Positions 23,601-37,172 of a stretch of DNA of 64,000 nt are shown in pieces. Within the stretch, counting starts at the first letter, position 1; the number at the start of each line of letters is the position of its first letter. Source of the stretch: Azolla caroliniana (taxonomy: Eukaryota > Plantae > Polypodiophyta); assembly GCA_043228905.1 (NCBI GenBank), contig JBHGNT010000022.1:5146001-5210000 (forward strand), in the 5' to 3' direction. Both the position numbers and the translations under genes were made by a program. The notes under the pieces were generated by a model. That model ran no database searches, was not told the DNA's origin, and worked only from the letters and a program-made list of their open reading frames with translations.

Positions 23601-26600
23601 ACCCACTTGCATCCACCCGGTTTACAGTGACGGGGAGGGTCAACTAGGTCCCATGTCTCATTGACAGCAAGTGCCCACATTTCTTCCTCCATAGCGGCAC
23701 GCCAATTTGCGTCCTTGGCCGCTTCTATGTAGCTCTCCGGCTCACGCACTTCCGCCACCTTAGTCATGTACGCATAGTGATGCACCATGTACTCATTGTA
23801 CCTATACCGTGTGACGGGATCCTTCTAGCGGGTGGACCGCCGTAACTCACCGTAACCCGGTTTGAGGCCCTTCTTGGCTGGTTCAGTCTTCATTGCTGAA
23901 GATCCGCCTTTCTCCTTGCCGGAGTCGTATGCACACTGATCCGACTCATCGTTGCCAGTTTCGAATTCCGGCATCTTTTTCTTCCCTTTCTCTTTGTGTG
24001 TGAACCGTCTCCTCGGTTCCTTGTGCAGGGAGAGCACAACAGAGTTTCCACTACTCGCTGATTCCTCATCGGACTGGTCAGATTGACTCAGTCTCTCGTT
24101 CGGCCCGCTCAACCGAAACGATTCCGGACTCTCATCCTAAGTCCACGCTTCGTCATCATCTACCTGGGCCGGTTCAGGCTCACTAGCCTCATCCGCCGGC
24201 ATCGGGTCGGATTCAGAAGTCAGAGCCGGTAAGGAGTACCACGATGCTGATTCATCAAACTCGACATCTCGACTAACTCGGACCTGCTTTGTCTGGGGGT
24301 TATAACACGTATAACCCTTTTGCTCTTGAGCATAGCTTACTAGGATGCATCCAGCTTCCTCCGCTTCTCATCCGGTACATGCACATATGCAATGCTACCG
24401 AAGATCTTAAGGTGTCTCAAATTCGGCTTGCGCCCGAAATACAGCTCGTGAGCTGACACCTTGTCACCGATCCGGTTCTGGAGGTAGACAACCGTTCGGA
24501 CTGCCTCCGCCCAGTAGAATTTGGGCATGCTCTTCTCCTCCATCATTGCCCTTGCTGCATAAATAAGCGACCGGTTCTTCCTTTCGGCAACACCGTTCTG
24601 TTGCGGTGTGTATCTGCAGCTGAACTCTCGCCGAATTCCCTTTTGCTGCAAATAACTGTTGAATTGGCCGGAAAAGTATTCTTTTCCGCCATCCGGCCGC
24701 AGGCATTTGATCTTCCTCTCCGATTCCCGTTCCACCATGCTTTGGAGACTCCGGAAACACTCGAAGACTTCACTCTTCCGCTCAATGAGGTAGATCCACG
24801 TGTGTCGCGTATAGTCATTGATGAAGGAGACGAAACATCGACTCTCGCCAAGACTAACATTCTGTGCCGGTCCCCAGACATCCGAATGGATAAGGTCGAG
24901 CTTGTTATGGCTCTGGTTACGTTCGGTAGGGAATGGAAACCGGTGTTGCTTCCCGAGTTGGTAGGCTTCACATACTTGGGCCTTCCGGCCACTGAACTTC
25001 GGCAAACCGAAAACAACTTGTTTCGCTTGCAGGTCTTGAAGCCTCCGGTAATTGACGTGGCCTATCCGCTTGTGCCACAGGTCGATGTCCGATTCGACCT
25101 TCTGTCCTTTTGCAAACAGAGCGGTGCCGACATCATTGGTGTCAAGGATAAACATCCTCTCGTCTCTGCGCCCTTGCGCAATAATCTAGCCCTCTTCCTC
25201 AATGAAGCACCCGAGGTGCGTAAACCGCACCTGCATCCCTTGGTCGACGATCTGTCCGACCGACACCAGGTTCTTCATGATTGTCGGAACGTGTAATACG
25301 TTCATCAGCTTCCCCTTCTGTCTGACGTGGCTCAAAGGGACTTCTCCGACGTGCACGATTGGGGGAGGAGTGTCGTCTCCGGTTTCGACTACTCCTGGTT
25401 GATCCAGTTTCTCCAAAAAGGAGAACCACTCTTTGTGGCTCGTCATGTGGTTCGACGCACCGGAATCAACATACCACACTTCCTTCGATTTGGAAGTGGT
25501 CTTCTTCATCGATTTTTCCTCATGCTTCATCACCAAGGCTGGCCCGTTACCGTTCTTGGATCCTCCTGATCCCTCGCATAGTGCGAGCTTTGCCGGCCAT
25601 CCTTGCCGGTCTTGCCGGATTCGGATTTGTCCGAATCAGCGCGTTTTCTCCAGCACTCACTTTCTCTGTGGCCCTTTTTGCCATAGTACCAACATTTCGT
25701 TGTAGTTTTCTCTTGCCGTCTTCCGGTGCCGCCATGACTCCCCCTGCTCCCGGAGGGTCCGGAACTGTTGTAGGCACGTTCTTTGTGCCTTTGTTCCTGG
25801 TCTTGCTGGCCGCCTCCATTGCGTGCCAACCCTCCTCGTCCACCACGCCCACGGGACCGATCCGCTTCCGTGTACAACATCCGGTTGTCAATGGGTGCGC
25901 TAGTTGACGCACCGGCGTGGTTCTCCTCTACAAGGAGCATCGATTGTAAGTCAAAAAATGACGGCATATTCTCCCTTGTACATACCACCGTTCGGAACAC
26001 TCTGAACTTAGACGCCAAGCCCCCAAGACAGACCTGTACCATCTCGTCTTCCTCTACGGTAACGTTGATAGAGGCAAGCGAGTCACATATCTCTTTGATC
26101 CGGGCCGTGTAATCCGCCACCGACATGTCCTTCTATCAGACATTGTTCAACTCCTGTCGAAGTTGCAGCTTCCGAGCTATAGTACTCGCGGTGAAAACCT
26201 TCTTCAGGTTTCCCCAAGCCTCCTTCGACATCTTGGCATCTCGGATGTGGCTCAGCAGCTGGTCTCCGACACTGGACGTGAAGCAGTACATCACTCTGCT
26301 TGCCGATTGTTCCCACACTGGGAAATCCTTATGTGCCGCATCAGGTGTTGTTTTGTTGGCTCCTTCGATGAAACTCCAGTAGCCATGCCCAAGCAGGTAC
26401 TGGTGCATCTTGTACAACCAAGTTGCGTAGTTGGATCTGTCGAGTTTCTCCACAGGGAGCGAGCTAGCCATTCCTCTATCCATCACTTCTCTGTCTGCTA
26501 TTCTTACAACCTGTTAGGGTTTGCTTTCAAGCGTTTGTCGGCTGTAGAGGTTCTCAACCCTCGCGCTCTAATACCATGTAAACGATTACTTGTGGAAGCG

Positions 26601-27208
26601 TTAGCAAACAGAGAAAGTAAAGGATACACAAAGTACACGGGAGAGACAGAGAGAGCAGAACGTAAAAGCTATATTCAAATCAATATAGACACCCTATACA
26701 TAAAACTATGCTCAGTAGCACTATTTATACAAGTCCTCGTGGGACTGACAAAAGTACCGTGTACTTCAATGCTCACACGAGCATCTGACACTTACTACGA
26801 GACTATAACTGCCTAGTAGTCTAAACTAATACTAGGCTTCCGGTTACCGATTGGATCCGGCTAACCGGCTCCCCAACTCACTGGCTCTGTTGCTTATCCA
26901 GCCGATCCGGCTCCAATTGAGCTTGCCGCTCAACACAATGAATGTCAGATGCTCTTTTAAGAGCATTGAACTACATGTCAGTACTTCTTAACGGCCCTGA
27001 CAGATGGGCTTGTATATATAAATTGCACATAAGCACTATGTAAGTGATAGAGTGTATATTTCTGTACTAGAATTTTTTGTTGTCTGATCTCACTCAATCC
27101 TACTCTCTTTCTTCTTGTGCTTTGTGTTCTGTGGTAACAAACTGTTCATCTTTCGGATAACCGACTGACTGTCTGTTCACAAGCTTCTACATATTGCAAA
27201 TCTTTACA
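20622..27208 (+). mobile_element. Older copia 3' tail and LTR (20991-21246 + 26941-27208), split by a younger copia insertion
   Basis: PPT-like CAAGGCGAG, then TGTTGAG..CAAGCTCAAC at 20991; resumes after the TSD with TATATATAAA (27013) and ends TTTACA at 27208. Confidence 0.7.
21247..26935 (-). mobile_element. Structurally complete Ty1/copia element (gag-PR-INT-RT-RH), inactivated
   Basis: 359-bp LTRs 21247-21605 and 26577-26935 (about 20 differences counted by eye, mostly transitions); TSD CAATG (21242-21246, 26936-26940); iMet PBS 26565-26576; PPT 21606-21617. All pol motifs are present in ORF pieces 22007-26486. Confidence 0.97.
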
Positions 27209-27567
27209 ATCTATCTACTTACATGTTATCTCAATCCCTCCATGAACCTTGATTGATAGTTCATTACCAACACATTTACAAACTCGTGATCATGTTTGTT
27301 TCTCTTTCGTCCCATAAGATGATGGTCTATTTGTCAGCTTGTTTATCACGGTCCTTCCTTGCATGACCGAGAGAGGGGTAGTGTCGATATTACACGGATC
27401 ATACGAGAGAAGGGTATTTCCGATATTTTTATGTACAATATATATGCCTTCAATCTTACACACAATTCTGATAACAAATACCTATACACATACACATACA
27501 TATGCTGTTATACATATACATATACATCTATTATCCATCTTTTTGCTTTGCGCTTTCTTTTGCATCG

Positions 27568-29899
27568 ATGCTTTCCTTCACTAATTTCTCGCCCTCGATC
27601 CTCAGAGCTATGTCGTGGCCGTGGAAATCTTCTTCTTCAAACCAAGAGACCAAGAAACGGAAAGGAGATGGTGAAGAAGAACAGCATCACCATCGCCAGC
27701 AGCAGAGATCTCATGACAAGCTTCTCGCCAAACCAAATACATCGAAACTCCATCGCCCACTTCTCTCAAGAGGTGTATTTCATTTGTGCCCATCTCGTTA
27801 TTTTTGTTGCTGTTTTTTTATTTTTCCCTTTCCTGTATTCACATTATAAATATGTGGTCGGAGTTTCCCTTCTCCTAAAGTTGCACCAAATGTTTGGACA
27901 GAAAAAGATGCCTGCCCTCTTTCTCTAAAAATTTGGTCAAGTTTTCTGTATGTTGGTGTCGGAAGTCTTTATAGAGCAAACAACATTCTGTACAAATACT
28001 ATATATACAAATTCCTGCAAAAACTTACTATAATTTTATGGCATCTTCTCATGTATCCCGTTCTCTTTTCATAAATATCCTTGTATGAAATGAGTCTATC
28101 ATAAAGATGCATTGTGTTTATGAAAAGATCATCTATTCTTTTGAGAATCCAGTTAAGAGAACCTGTGTAAACTGAAATTGAAGGAGCTATCTAATTAAGA
28201 ATTAATAAAAGCAGGGAAGCACAGACACGGGGGCAATGCATATCAGTGTGTTTTGTATTTATTGCTTGTTCTTATTATGGTAAAGGACTCCGTGTTATTA
28301 ATCGTAGCTAAAGATGAAGGTGATGTTCAAGGAAACCCTCTGTGGCTCCCTGATGCTCCTCTTGTACCAAGGCCAAGAGCTTCTTACAATGCAGCATCCT
28401 TGGCATACCTGGGAGATAGCATATATGAGGTAATTCTTCTCTCTTCATATCTTTAAGATATTAAAAATTTTAGTTTCCTGTTATGTGATTGTGGCTAGAA
28501 ATATCTGATAGGATACGTAATACATGGGCGAGAAACAAAAATAGTGGAAATAAAATGCTCTAGCTAATCTACTCTTAAATGAAATCACAGTACAATTTCT
28601 CTCTCATAATCACTATTTCATGCAACTATGTATATGTGAGCTAACTGTGGATGTTACAGGTGATATGCTACATCATGTGTTCTTAATAATATGTAAGCTT
28701 TTTTTTGTGTTCATTACATTGGTGTGAAGGCGTGCAGCTGTATGTGCGATGCCATTTTTTAAGTCCACCACGGAGCATTGACAGCTACAATACGCTTGTC
28801 ATGGGTATGGTCTGTTGTGAAGCACAGGTAATGAAACATTCCATAGAGCTACTGAGAGAGAAAGAGAGATCATTTTTAATGCTTTTGTTTAACAAAAATG
28901 CACAACCCCTAACTTTTGCTTATTTACTGGAATACCCATAAGTTTTCCAAACTTGGCTCTGTGTAGTACAAATGTTTCTTACTACAAAGAAGCTTTCTGG
29001 TAACTTGTGAAAATTTTGAGGGGTCCAGGAGGAGGGTATTCTGGTAAATATCCATTAAAAGTTAGGAGTAGATGGGCGTTTACAACCCTTTGTTGTATGT
29101 GTTTAATCCTGTTTAAATGTTTCATGTCCATGTAGGATACCTTGATAAAGACGTTGCTAAAAGATGATTTTCTCTCGGAGGAAGAAAGGTGCAATTTATG
29201 TGTATTTGTTTTGGGTCTGGGCTCGTCCCTTTTTGTGTTGCTTAAATGAATCGTTTCTGTTCCAGAGACATAGTTCGGTGGGGACAGAATGTACAAACCA
29301 ACCATAAAAGAGCAACAAAGCGTGCTGGGGCTGCTGCGTATAGTCGAGCTTCATCTTTAGAAACATTAGTAAGTAACAGTCTGAAAGATTTACTGTAATA
29401 AAGTTAAACAAAAAGAAATGCATCCACATCTGAAATCAAAGAAAACTTCACATTCATAACAATCAGAAGCAATCTTCTGACATTGAAATCTAAAACTTTT
29501 ATTTGTCACTGTCATGTACTTAATAGAGGTTAATTAAGGCTGGAGATATCACTATATTGCTATTAGGCTAATTAAGACTAGACTAGGCCCATGTGTAGAG
29601 GTTAATCAAGATTAGAGCTGGGCCATTACAGATCGTACTGGCATTGGAATAGGAAAATATTATGTTTCTAATGGTTCATTTTATGTTATGAACACACACA
29701 CACAAACATATATACCTAACTATATTAGGCTCATGAGTTACTGGAAAAGTTTGAAAAAAGAATTCATTGCTTTCAATACATTTGACAACGTGATTTTTTT
29801 ATAATCTTGATACACAATGTATTGTTTTGACAGATTGGATATTTATATCTTACAAATCCTGGCCGGTTGCACGAATTGATGAAACGGCTCGGACTTTAA
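27568..29899 (+). CDS. RNC3: Plastid-type Mini-ribonuclease III (RNC3/RNC4-like), 6 exons
   Basis: Exons 27568-27772, 28308-28429, 28738-28827, 29136-29188, 29266-29368, 29834-29899, all GT-AG and in phase. Motifs NAASLAYLGDSIYELYVR, VCCEAQ, LSEEERDIVRWG, YSRASSLETLIGYLYL; Ser-rich N-terminal extension. Confidence 0.9.
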
Positions 29900-31356
29900 T
29901 CAGACTAGGATGTTTGGAATTGAGAATTTTGAAATTGCTAAAAGAATTAGCGGTGGTGTTTTGAGCATAAAAATAATGCTTACCTATTTGTATGTGTTCC
30001 TGATTAGCTACAAGAAGTGTAAACAAAAGGGTGATCAAATACTGCATTATTTGTAAGTTCAAATATGCTGCAGCATTGTCATATTCAATCTTTTATCACC
30101 AACCAATTGCTCTTTGGTAAATGGAAAAACACAAGGGTTGCGGGCAGGCTTGTCCTAGAAATCTGTGACCAATTTTCTTTTATCCAGAGAGACTGTAATA
30201 GAATTATTTCTAATGGAATGCATTTCCTGTAATCCTATGATGAGTCAGGTTTAGAACAAGCCCATCCTATAATGAAACTAGCAGAGAATTGCCTTGAATT
30301 TTTCACTAACTTCTCTACTCGTTTCAATGTATGTGTATCACATTTCTTTTCAAAATCTCACATCAACCTTGCTAAGAAATGAAGGATTTAAGGATGAGAA
30401 ATTGGGTTTCAGAGTTAATAAAGGTTTCCCAATTGGCATTTCATGACCCACTCTGAACTTTCTCGGGACGGCATTCTAATGATGGTGATCCAGAATGAAG
30501 GGCTGTATAAAACAGTAATTAAAGAAGTGATTTAACTATGAACTGAAATCAGGAAAGGAAAGAAGGATAGGTAAGTAGTAGAAGGATTTAACTATATCAA
30601 AATTGATACACAATAGTTCTCTCTAAAATAAGTAAGGAGAAAACACTGCCTTTCTTTCCCTCTCAAGGTATAGGCCTGTACGTACACATGGAAGGCATGT
30701 TGATGCAGCCCTAGCATTTTGTTTCTGTTGCTTTTTTAAACCAGTAGTGGAGAATGCTTTTATGGGTTAGATGCCTCTTCAGGCGCATAGCAAAGCATTG
30801 TGCCTTTCTCATGAAATCTTTATAAATCCTTGCGCACCCTACTTGTATGTTTCATGTGTCTAAAACCAAGTCAAGAGTTATTACCTATTTAATGCATTAA
30901 GAGATCATTATCATGGATGTTTAGGATATCTTTGAGCTTTTATGTTTGTTTCAATATGGATAATTTGATGTTGCCCATTTTTGGAATCATATTTTATAGG
31001 TTGATTTCCTTGAGTATGCATCATTCATAAATCTCCACACATAAGATTGTTAGTAAATATTCACATCCACTGAAAGAATTTGTGCTTAGAATGTTTCATC
31101 ATTTACATAAGCTAGCTTTCACACCCAGTTTTATACAACCATCTTGGCCACTGAGCCAAGAAACACACATGTACAACAAACCCAATTGTTCTCCCATCAA
31201 GGGCTTCCCAATCAATGGAGTCAATTAGTAGGTATTCACTATTGTAGGCTTCTTAGCATACATATAGTATTTCACGAGACGTCATGCTTGTTTTTCCATG
31301 TATTGATGTAGGTACAATGCTAAATCAGGCTGTTTCACAAAAGCAGGTTGTTTGTT

Positions 31357-34058
31357 TCATGATTTTGATAGCTTAACTTGATGGATTCTTGTTATGTACA
31401 CATTCTTCATAGTCTCTTTAGAGTTGTTCAATAGGTGGCATAGACCCCCTTGTTCTTGCTTACCGAACCCATTTCTCAAACTCTGTATCAAAAGGCATCT
31501 GAATGAAGAAAATGTACAGCAATAAACAAAGGATAACTAACTTTCACGTGTACAACTATGGGAAGAATGTAAATATAACCAACATTTTGGGAAAATCTTG
31601 AGGCTACCCTGAGGTTTTGTTTATTTCCCCGAAATGCCCTTAGTTAAACCCTTGAAAAGCCGAAGAAACGGAGATGAAGTTTGACCCCATATATTTTCTC
31701 AAATAGCACAAATCATTGCTCATTCGAGGAGCTGACCACCGAGGGGAAACAACAAAAACTCAGGGGTATGTCAAAGTGTTTCCCACACCCTTTTCTTTTT
31801 CTTTACCTGGTTTGATATGCATTTGCATTGCTCCGGATGCCAATGAACAGGAAAAAACTCTGAAACAATGCCGAAGTTTAGCGTTTATTAATCGATAAGT
31901 CCAAGATTGTATTCTGGTGTTCTATCTGCTCTTATCATTGTACTAAGAAAGGTTTTAAATGACAAGATAAGCAGTTCAACATGAAGCAGTCTTGCTGTTC
32001 TGTCTTATGATATATTGCTACATACCACTAAACCTTTCAATGAAATGTTACTGCATTTCTGGTAGATACCCATAAGACTAAAGATTATTTTTTAAGAGAA
32101 CTTTTTTTCTCCTCCTGCATGCTTGCAGCCTAAGAATCCCATTCACATAAGGAATCAACAAGCAAACATTACACCATATCAAACACTTACTACATTCATC
32201 ATAGTTTTAATGAAAATTATAGGCAGGCCTTCTTTTCTGAGTCATTCTAGCCCCCACCTAGAGTAAAGACCAAAAACAATCCAAGTACAAGGAAAACAAA
32301 ATAAAGGGAGCCCAATACTAAGCTTAACAAGCAACAGATCTTCACCTTGACGAAGGAAACCAAAGGTAGCTGATGCGTTTCTCCTTTAATGTCTACAATA
32401 TCCTGAGCTATCGCTTGAAGTAGTTTCAAGTCTTTGTCCTCTTTAATCAGAGAATCTATAGCTTGTTTCATCAACAGTCTTTCTTCTTTGAGGACCGTCA
32501 GTTTTTCCTTAAGCTTAAGGCTATTCTTCCCATCTTCAATGTCTTCTTTTCGAGTGCACTTTACATCTGTTAGGCTTGAATCGAGTGATAATGGGTCTAA
32601 TGCTTTGGGATTATCACGAAGAGTTTGATTTTCATCAGGTAGCACGATTCCTTCCTCCTCCTCAAATCCTTCATCTTTCTCATGACCATCTTTCTTGTCA
32701 TATTCTCTGTCAACAACTAAATTGGAATGCTGAACAAATGGTATATCAGATGTTTCATATTTGACTTCATACACATCATGTACACGTTCACCGGCATCAC
32801 TAACCTCTGCTATTGATGCTTGACTATGAAAAGCTTCATTTATATTCATACCATACCCTTCACGATCTGTTGAAGAAGGATCACATCCTTGCTTGGCATC
32901 TTTATTGATTCTATCATATGCCAAATCTTTCAAATTTATACTTACTAATCCCCGGAGTTTGCTCTTCACAGAATCCTCTGCTAGTTTCACCTCTTTATGC
33001 GCTTTAGAGCACTGTGTTTCTTTCTTAAGTTCTTCTTCCAAATAAGAATTCCATCTCAGTTCATCTGATGCAAATGCATCTTTTGATGTTTCCTGTTTCA
33101 ATCTAAGTTGATTGTTAGAATAAAGAATTTTAGCATTTTGCATACACTGAAAACGTTCCTCCAGGCGTTTCACACGAGCTAAAATCAACATACTTGTATC
33201 ATCCAAGATTTCCTCATGATAATGCTTGTGAGTATCAAATCGACAGCCCTTATATTCTGCCTTGATTCCTTCTCGCTCTTCATTTCTCCATAGTGTACCA
33301 CTTGCTACAGGTAACCCTAAACAATCATCTTCTACATTCCTCTTTATGGTAGCATAAATTTCTTCTTCAATCTGCTTTCCATCGCAATTCATTTGGCAAT
33401 AATCATCTAACCGATCTGATATGTTTACACTGTCATGACTGTTAGTTACATTCAAGTCATGTCCAACACTTTCCTCATTAATCATCTGATCAGTTCTACC
33501 TAAGTATATTATTTCACCTTTATTCTCATCCTCCAGTTCGATCGGATCTGTTACTGGCATGCTCATCAAATTTTTCCGATGGGAATTCACATACTTTGGA
33601 TTAGTGTGGCATAATCTCTCACTTTCAAGAAGCGTAATGTGTTCACCATCTCGATTGTCCTGATCTTCTACATTGGACACTGATCGTTCTTGTTCTTGTT
33701 CTGTTGTATGATCTATTCTTAAGAACATTCTTTGGTATGCGCTGATATGATTCTGTAAGGATATCAATTCATCTTCTTTATTTAGGAGTACTTGTTTCAG
33801 AAGAGATATGGCTTCTTGAGTATGTGATTCTCTTTCTTCACATGCATATATATACTGCCGAGCTTCCATTAGAACTGACGATTTCTCTTCTTGGAGCCGA
33901 GTGATCATCGCCATGGCTTCCTCTGCAGCTGTCGCAGCTGCACATCTCTCCTGTTCCAATTCCAAGTAAACCTTGTGAAGCTCCTCTCTTGCAGACCTCA
34001 GATCACAACGTAACCTTGAGACATTGTCCTCGACAAAGCAGACAGGATTTTCTTCCAT
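31357..34058 (-). CDS. DUF593 / zein-binding (GTD-binding) coiled-coil protein, myosin-binding protein family
   Basis: LELEQERCAAATAAEEAMAMITRLQEEKSSVLMEARQY signature; exons 34058-32346, 31859-31807, 31498-31357 in phase; C-terminal LKLLQAIAQ and GLCHLL segments. Confidence 0.85.
31589..31784. mobile_element. Mutator-like MITE in an intron
   Basis: Imperfect ~42-bp TIRs GGGAAAATCTTGAGGCTACCCTGAGGTTTTG / CAAAAACTCAGGGGTATGTCAAAGTGTTTCCC; TSD not clear. Confidence 0.55.
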
Positions 34059-34596
34059 AACAGGAACTGTTCTTCTATGGCTCAGAATTAAATGACCATT
34101 TCTGTGACTGCGACAAAGAACAAAGAAAATGTTATAAATTTGGTCAGATTTTCTTTTCTCCACGGAATAACCGTGTCTGTGGATGACTCAGAGATTATTG
34201 TTGTAATTCTATAGGGGATTATTCCCAAGAAAGAAGCTGCCAATCATCCAGAAAGAAAAAGGAACGCCTAGAGCTGGTTCGTGAACATGTCCTTCCATAA
34301 GGGAACTGAAACCCTATACAGAAAAGCTTTAGAGTTTAGGGCTAGATTTATGGTTTAGAACAAATCTAACGTTTATTCTGCAATTCGTTCAGAAACATCA
34401 GCATTCTCTGTCTGTTTATTGAGTATGAGTGGGGGGATTTGGAAACCCCAGGGATGATGAGAAGCTTCTTTAGAAGAATAGGGAGGAATGGCGGGAGAAT
34501 GAATGTTTTTGTTAATTCAAGAAATGTCAGCTGTTAGGTTTCTTTGTAATTTTTCTGCCTCATTTTTCTTTTTTTTCCTGAAGAAGAGGAAGTAGA

Positions 34597-34644
34597 GAAG
34601 AAGAAGAAGAAGAAGAAGAAGAAGAAGAAGAAGAAGAAGAAGAA
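34597..34644. repeat. (GAA)n microsatellite in the 5' region of the DUF593 gene
   Basis: About 15 GAA units; (GA)n and (CT)n tracts nearby at 34720-34742 and 34839-34873. Confidence 0.9.
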
Positions 34645-35389
34645 GGGAAGGATGTGGGGGAGGGTGGTGTTGTTACAGTGATGGTGGGGGAACGAAGGTC
34701 GCCATGGAAGCTCGATATGGAGAGAGAGAGAGAGAGAGAGAGATGTGATGAAAAAGCCGTTAATGGACGGACGCCCAACAAACTAACTGTTTTTCATCTC
34801 TAACTAACAACACAATGAATGAACGAACGATGCGTGGGCTCTCTCTCTCTCTCTCTCTCTCTCTGCTCTCTCTCTGGCCTCTAGGCTCGGGGGGCTCTCT
34901 TCTCTACCTCTGCCCCTGCCTCTGGTTTGGGCTCTGGCTTCTGGCTCCGGCTACGACTTTGGCTCTCGCATCGGCCCAACCTCGAACCTTGGCCCCAGAC
35001 TCCTATTGTTCACTTGGTTGTTGCTAGATGACAGGCTCAAGCACTCTTGCCCCATTTGAGCGCACACAAAGTTGTCCGCAAGCTCGAATACATTCGCGCG
35101 CGCCATCATATCCGATTTTCTCGTTTCCTTTAGATATGCGCTTGTCCTTGGCCTTGAACAAAATAGCTAGGGTGGTGCCAATCGCCGAAACAATGTTAAT
35201 GTTGTGGGCAAAGGTTAAAGCATATAACCACATGAACGTAGAGACACAAGAAGAGTGTCAAGTTTCATGTATGTTGGAGTGTGTAGAGATATTGGAGTGG
35301 AATGCATGCAAATTGTTTTGGCCCCATTATTAATTCCCCATTGTTTTATATATGTTATGGCAACAGACTCTCCAAGTCGTAGATGTCGT

Positions 35390-35800
35390 CCAATACATAA
35401 GCAAACAACTCGAGAATCAAGAACAACCCTAAACCGGCCACAACTGGTTTCACGTTCGTATTCGTATGCAGAGAACAAGAAGCAGTACACAAACAGAAAA
35501 AACCGTAAAGACACAGAGACACCGATATATTTACGTGGAAAACCCGAAATGGGAAAAACCACGGGGTTCCACAAACCCCAAGAAAACAGATCACTATAGT
35601 AGAGACGAAGTACAAATACGGAACTCGGAGGCAACGACCTCGAGTTCTCCTTCGTCTAACAGATGGCTATAGAGTTACACTCTCACTCTCTCACTCACGG
35701 TTCCAACAGCAACTACCTACATTCTAACTTTTCAATAATGATCAACTACTGTCTTACTAAAGTTTGCCCTAGTTGCTTATAAACAAAAACAACTTTCTGG
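35390..35800 (-). repeat. Copia-type LTR remnant
   Basis: Minus strand CCCGTGGTTTTTCCC..GGGTTTTCCACGTAAA (35530-35566), typical of plant copia U5 regions; boundaries approximate. Confidence 0.5.
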
Positions 35801-36106
35801 CTATTTACAAGTATAAGGGTAAAAGCATGCGAGTGGAAACAATATTATAGCTAATTAGCTACTAAAATGGCCATAGCTAATTACCTATTTGTTTAGCTAG
35901 TTTTTTGTGGGCAAATCATAAGGATGGTTTACGAAATTTTATGTTTTATTAGTTAAATACATGTCATTTAATTTATGAGAATACTCAAATATTTGAACTT
36001 TGGTTTCTAACATAGTGGAACTTGGGGAATAGTGTCATCATCTAAGGTTGACTTGAATGTCATCAAATTCTTGATAATCCTGAGTTCGAGTTCGAACTCC
36101 AAACAG

Positions 36107-37172
36107 ATGGAGTACTCTGAGCACGAATGCAGATGAAGCTCCCACAGCAGCACAAAAACTTTGAGATCGACATTGCACCTTCAGAGCTACAACACACGAC
36201 TAGTTCGATCCTTGTCCAGGTATGTATCAGTTACATATTAAAAAACCTTTGTTTTTTTCCTTTTTGATAATTGTTTGTAACTTTGGTGTCTGTTCATCTT
36301 TCCCAAAAATCGAATAGGGCGAAGTCGTTGGAGTCCCAAACAAGGATGTCTCGAAGATCGGGGTGTAGCAACATGTGTGTTTCTGATTGACAGAATTTCG
36401 TATTACGGTTGATTTCTGCCTTTAGTGATGATTAGGGTTTGTGTTTTCCTTAAGTGGTTTAGGGTTTCTGATTACAAATTTCAAATTACAAGTTTCTGGT
36501 TACAAATTTCTGATTACTATCGCAATGTGTTGTAATTTTGCACCAATTCTCATGACAAATTCTTATTAGGGTTTCTAATTTTTTAAGTGGTTGATTTCTG
36601 ATACATGTTGAAAAGGATAGATTACAAATTTCAAATTATTGTCTCAAAGTCTTGTAATTTTGCACCAAATTCACATTAAAATTTCTGTTTTTGCACCAAT
36701 TTTGATTACTGATTTTCTATTTCAGGTGGCTCGTTCCTCCCTATCCTAGAGTGCTGAACTTCGCAAAATTTTGCAAAGGAAAAGGAGGACTTTCACAACA
36801 TATATGGTCTATCACTCAAGGGTATTCACCCTACTGTTCTAACAAATAGATTGGTTAGTGATGTAGACTGGATGTCAGTATATAAAGTGCCTAGAGTGAA
36901 AGGCAAGGTCAAGCTCAAGCATGTACGACCGGACCTGTACGATGACTGCATGAGACTGCACCAGAAAGTACATCAAGAGATCCCGGTCAACAACGTGTTG
37001 TCCGTTTCATTTGCTATAGCTTTTGCATACGAGTATTGCAAAACAACGAAGGAATCTCAAGACCCTAAAATGTACAAGGTAGCTTGGGCAATTTATGGTG
37101 AGGCATCAGTAGAAAGATGTCGGAAAATGGGGAGCTTGCAACAAAAAATGGCAAGATTTTGGAGCATGGTAG
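36107..37172 (+). pseudogene. Spliced TE-associated ORF fragment of unknown function, truncated by a gypsy LTR
   Basis: Donor CAG|GTATGT at ~36220, acceptor TTTCAG at ~36725; VHQEIPVNN..SFAIAFAYEY..KVAWAIYG. Confidence 0.45.

Noticed and set aside
24601-25907. Long + strand ORFs (231 aa, 182 aa) and similar ORFs at 21624, 26163 and 18455
   Set aside because: Antisense shadows of GC-rich copia coding sequence; no recognisable motifs.
32247-32345. Hydrophobic C-terminal TM segment at the end of the 638-aa ORF
   Set aside because: Read-through into an intron; two downstream in-phase exons give a family-like C-terminus.
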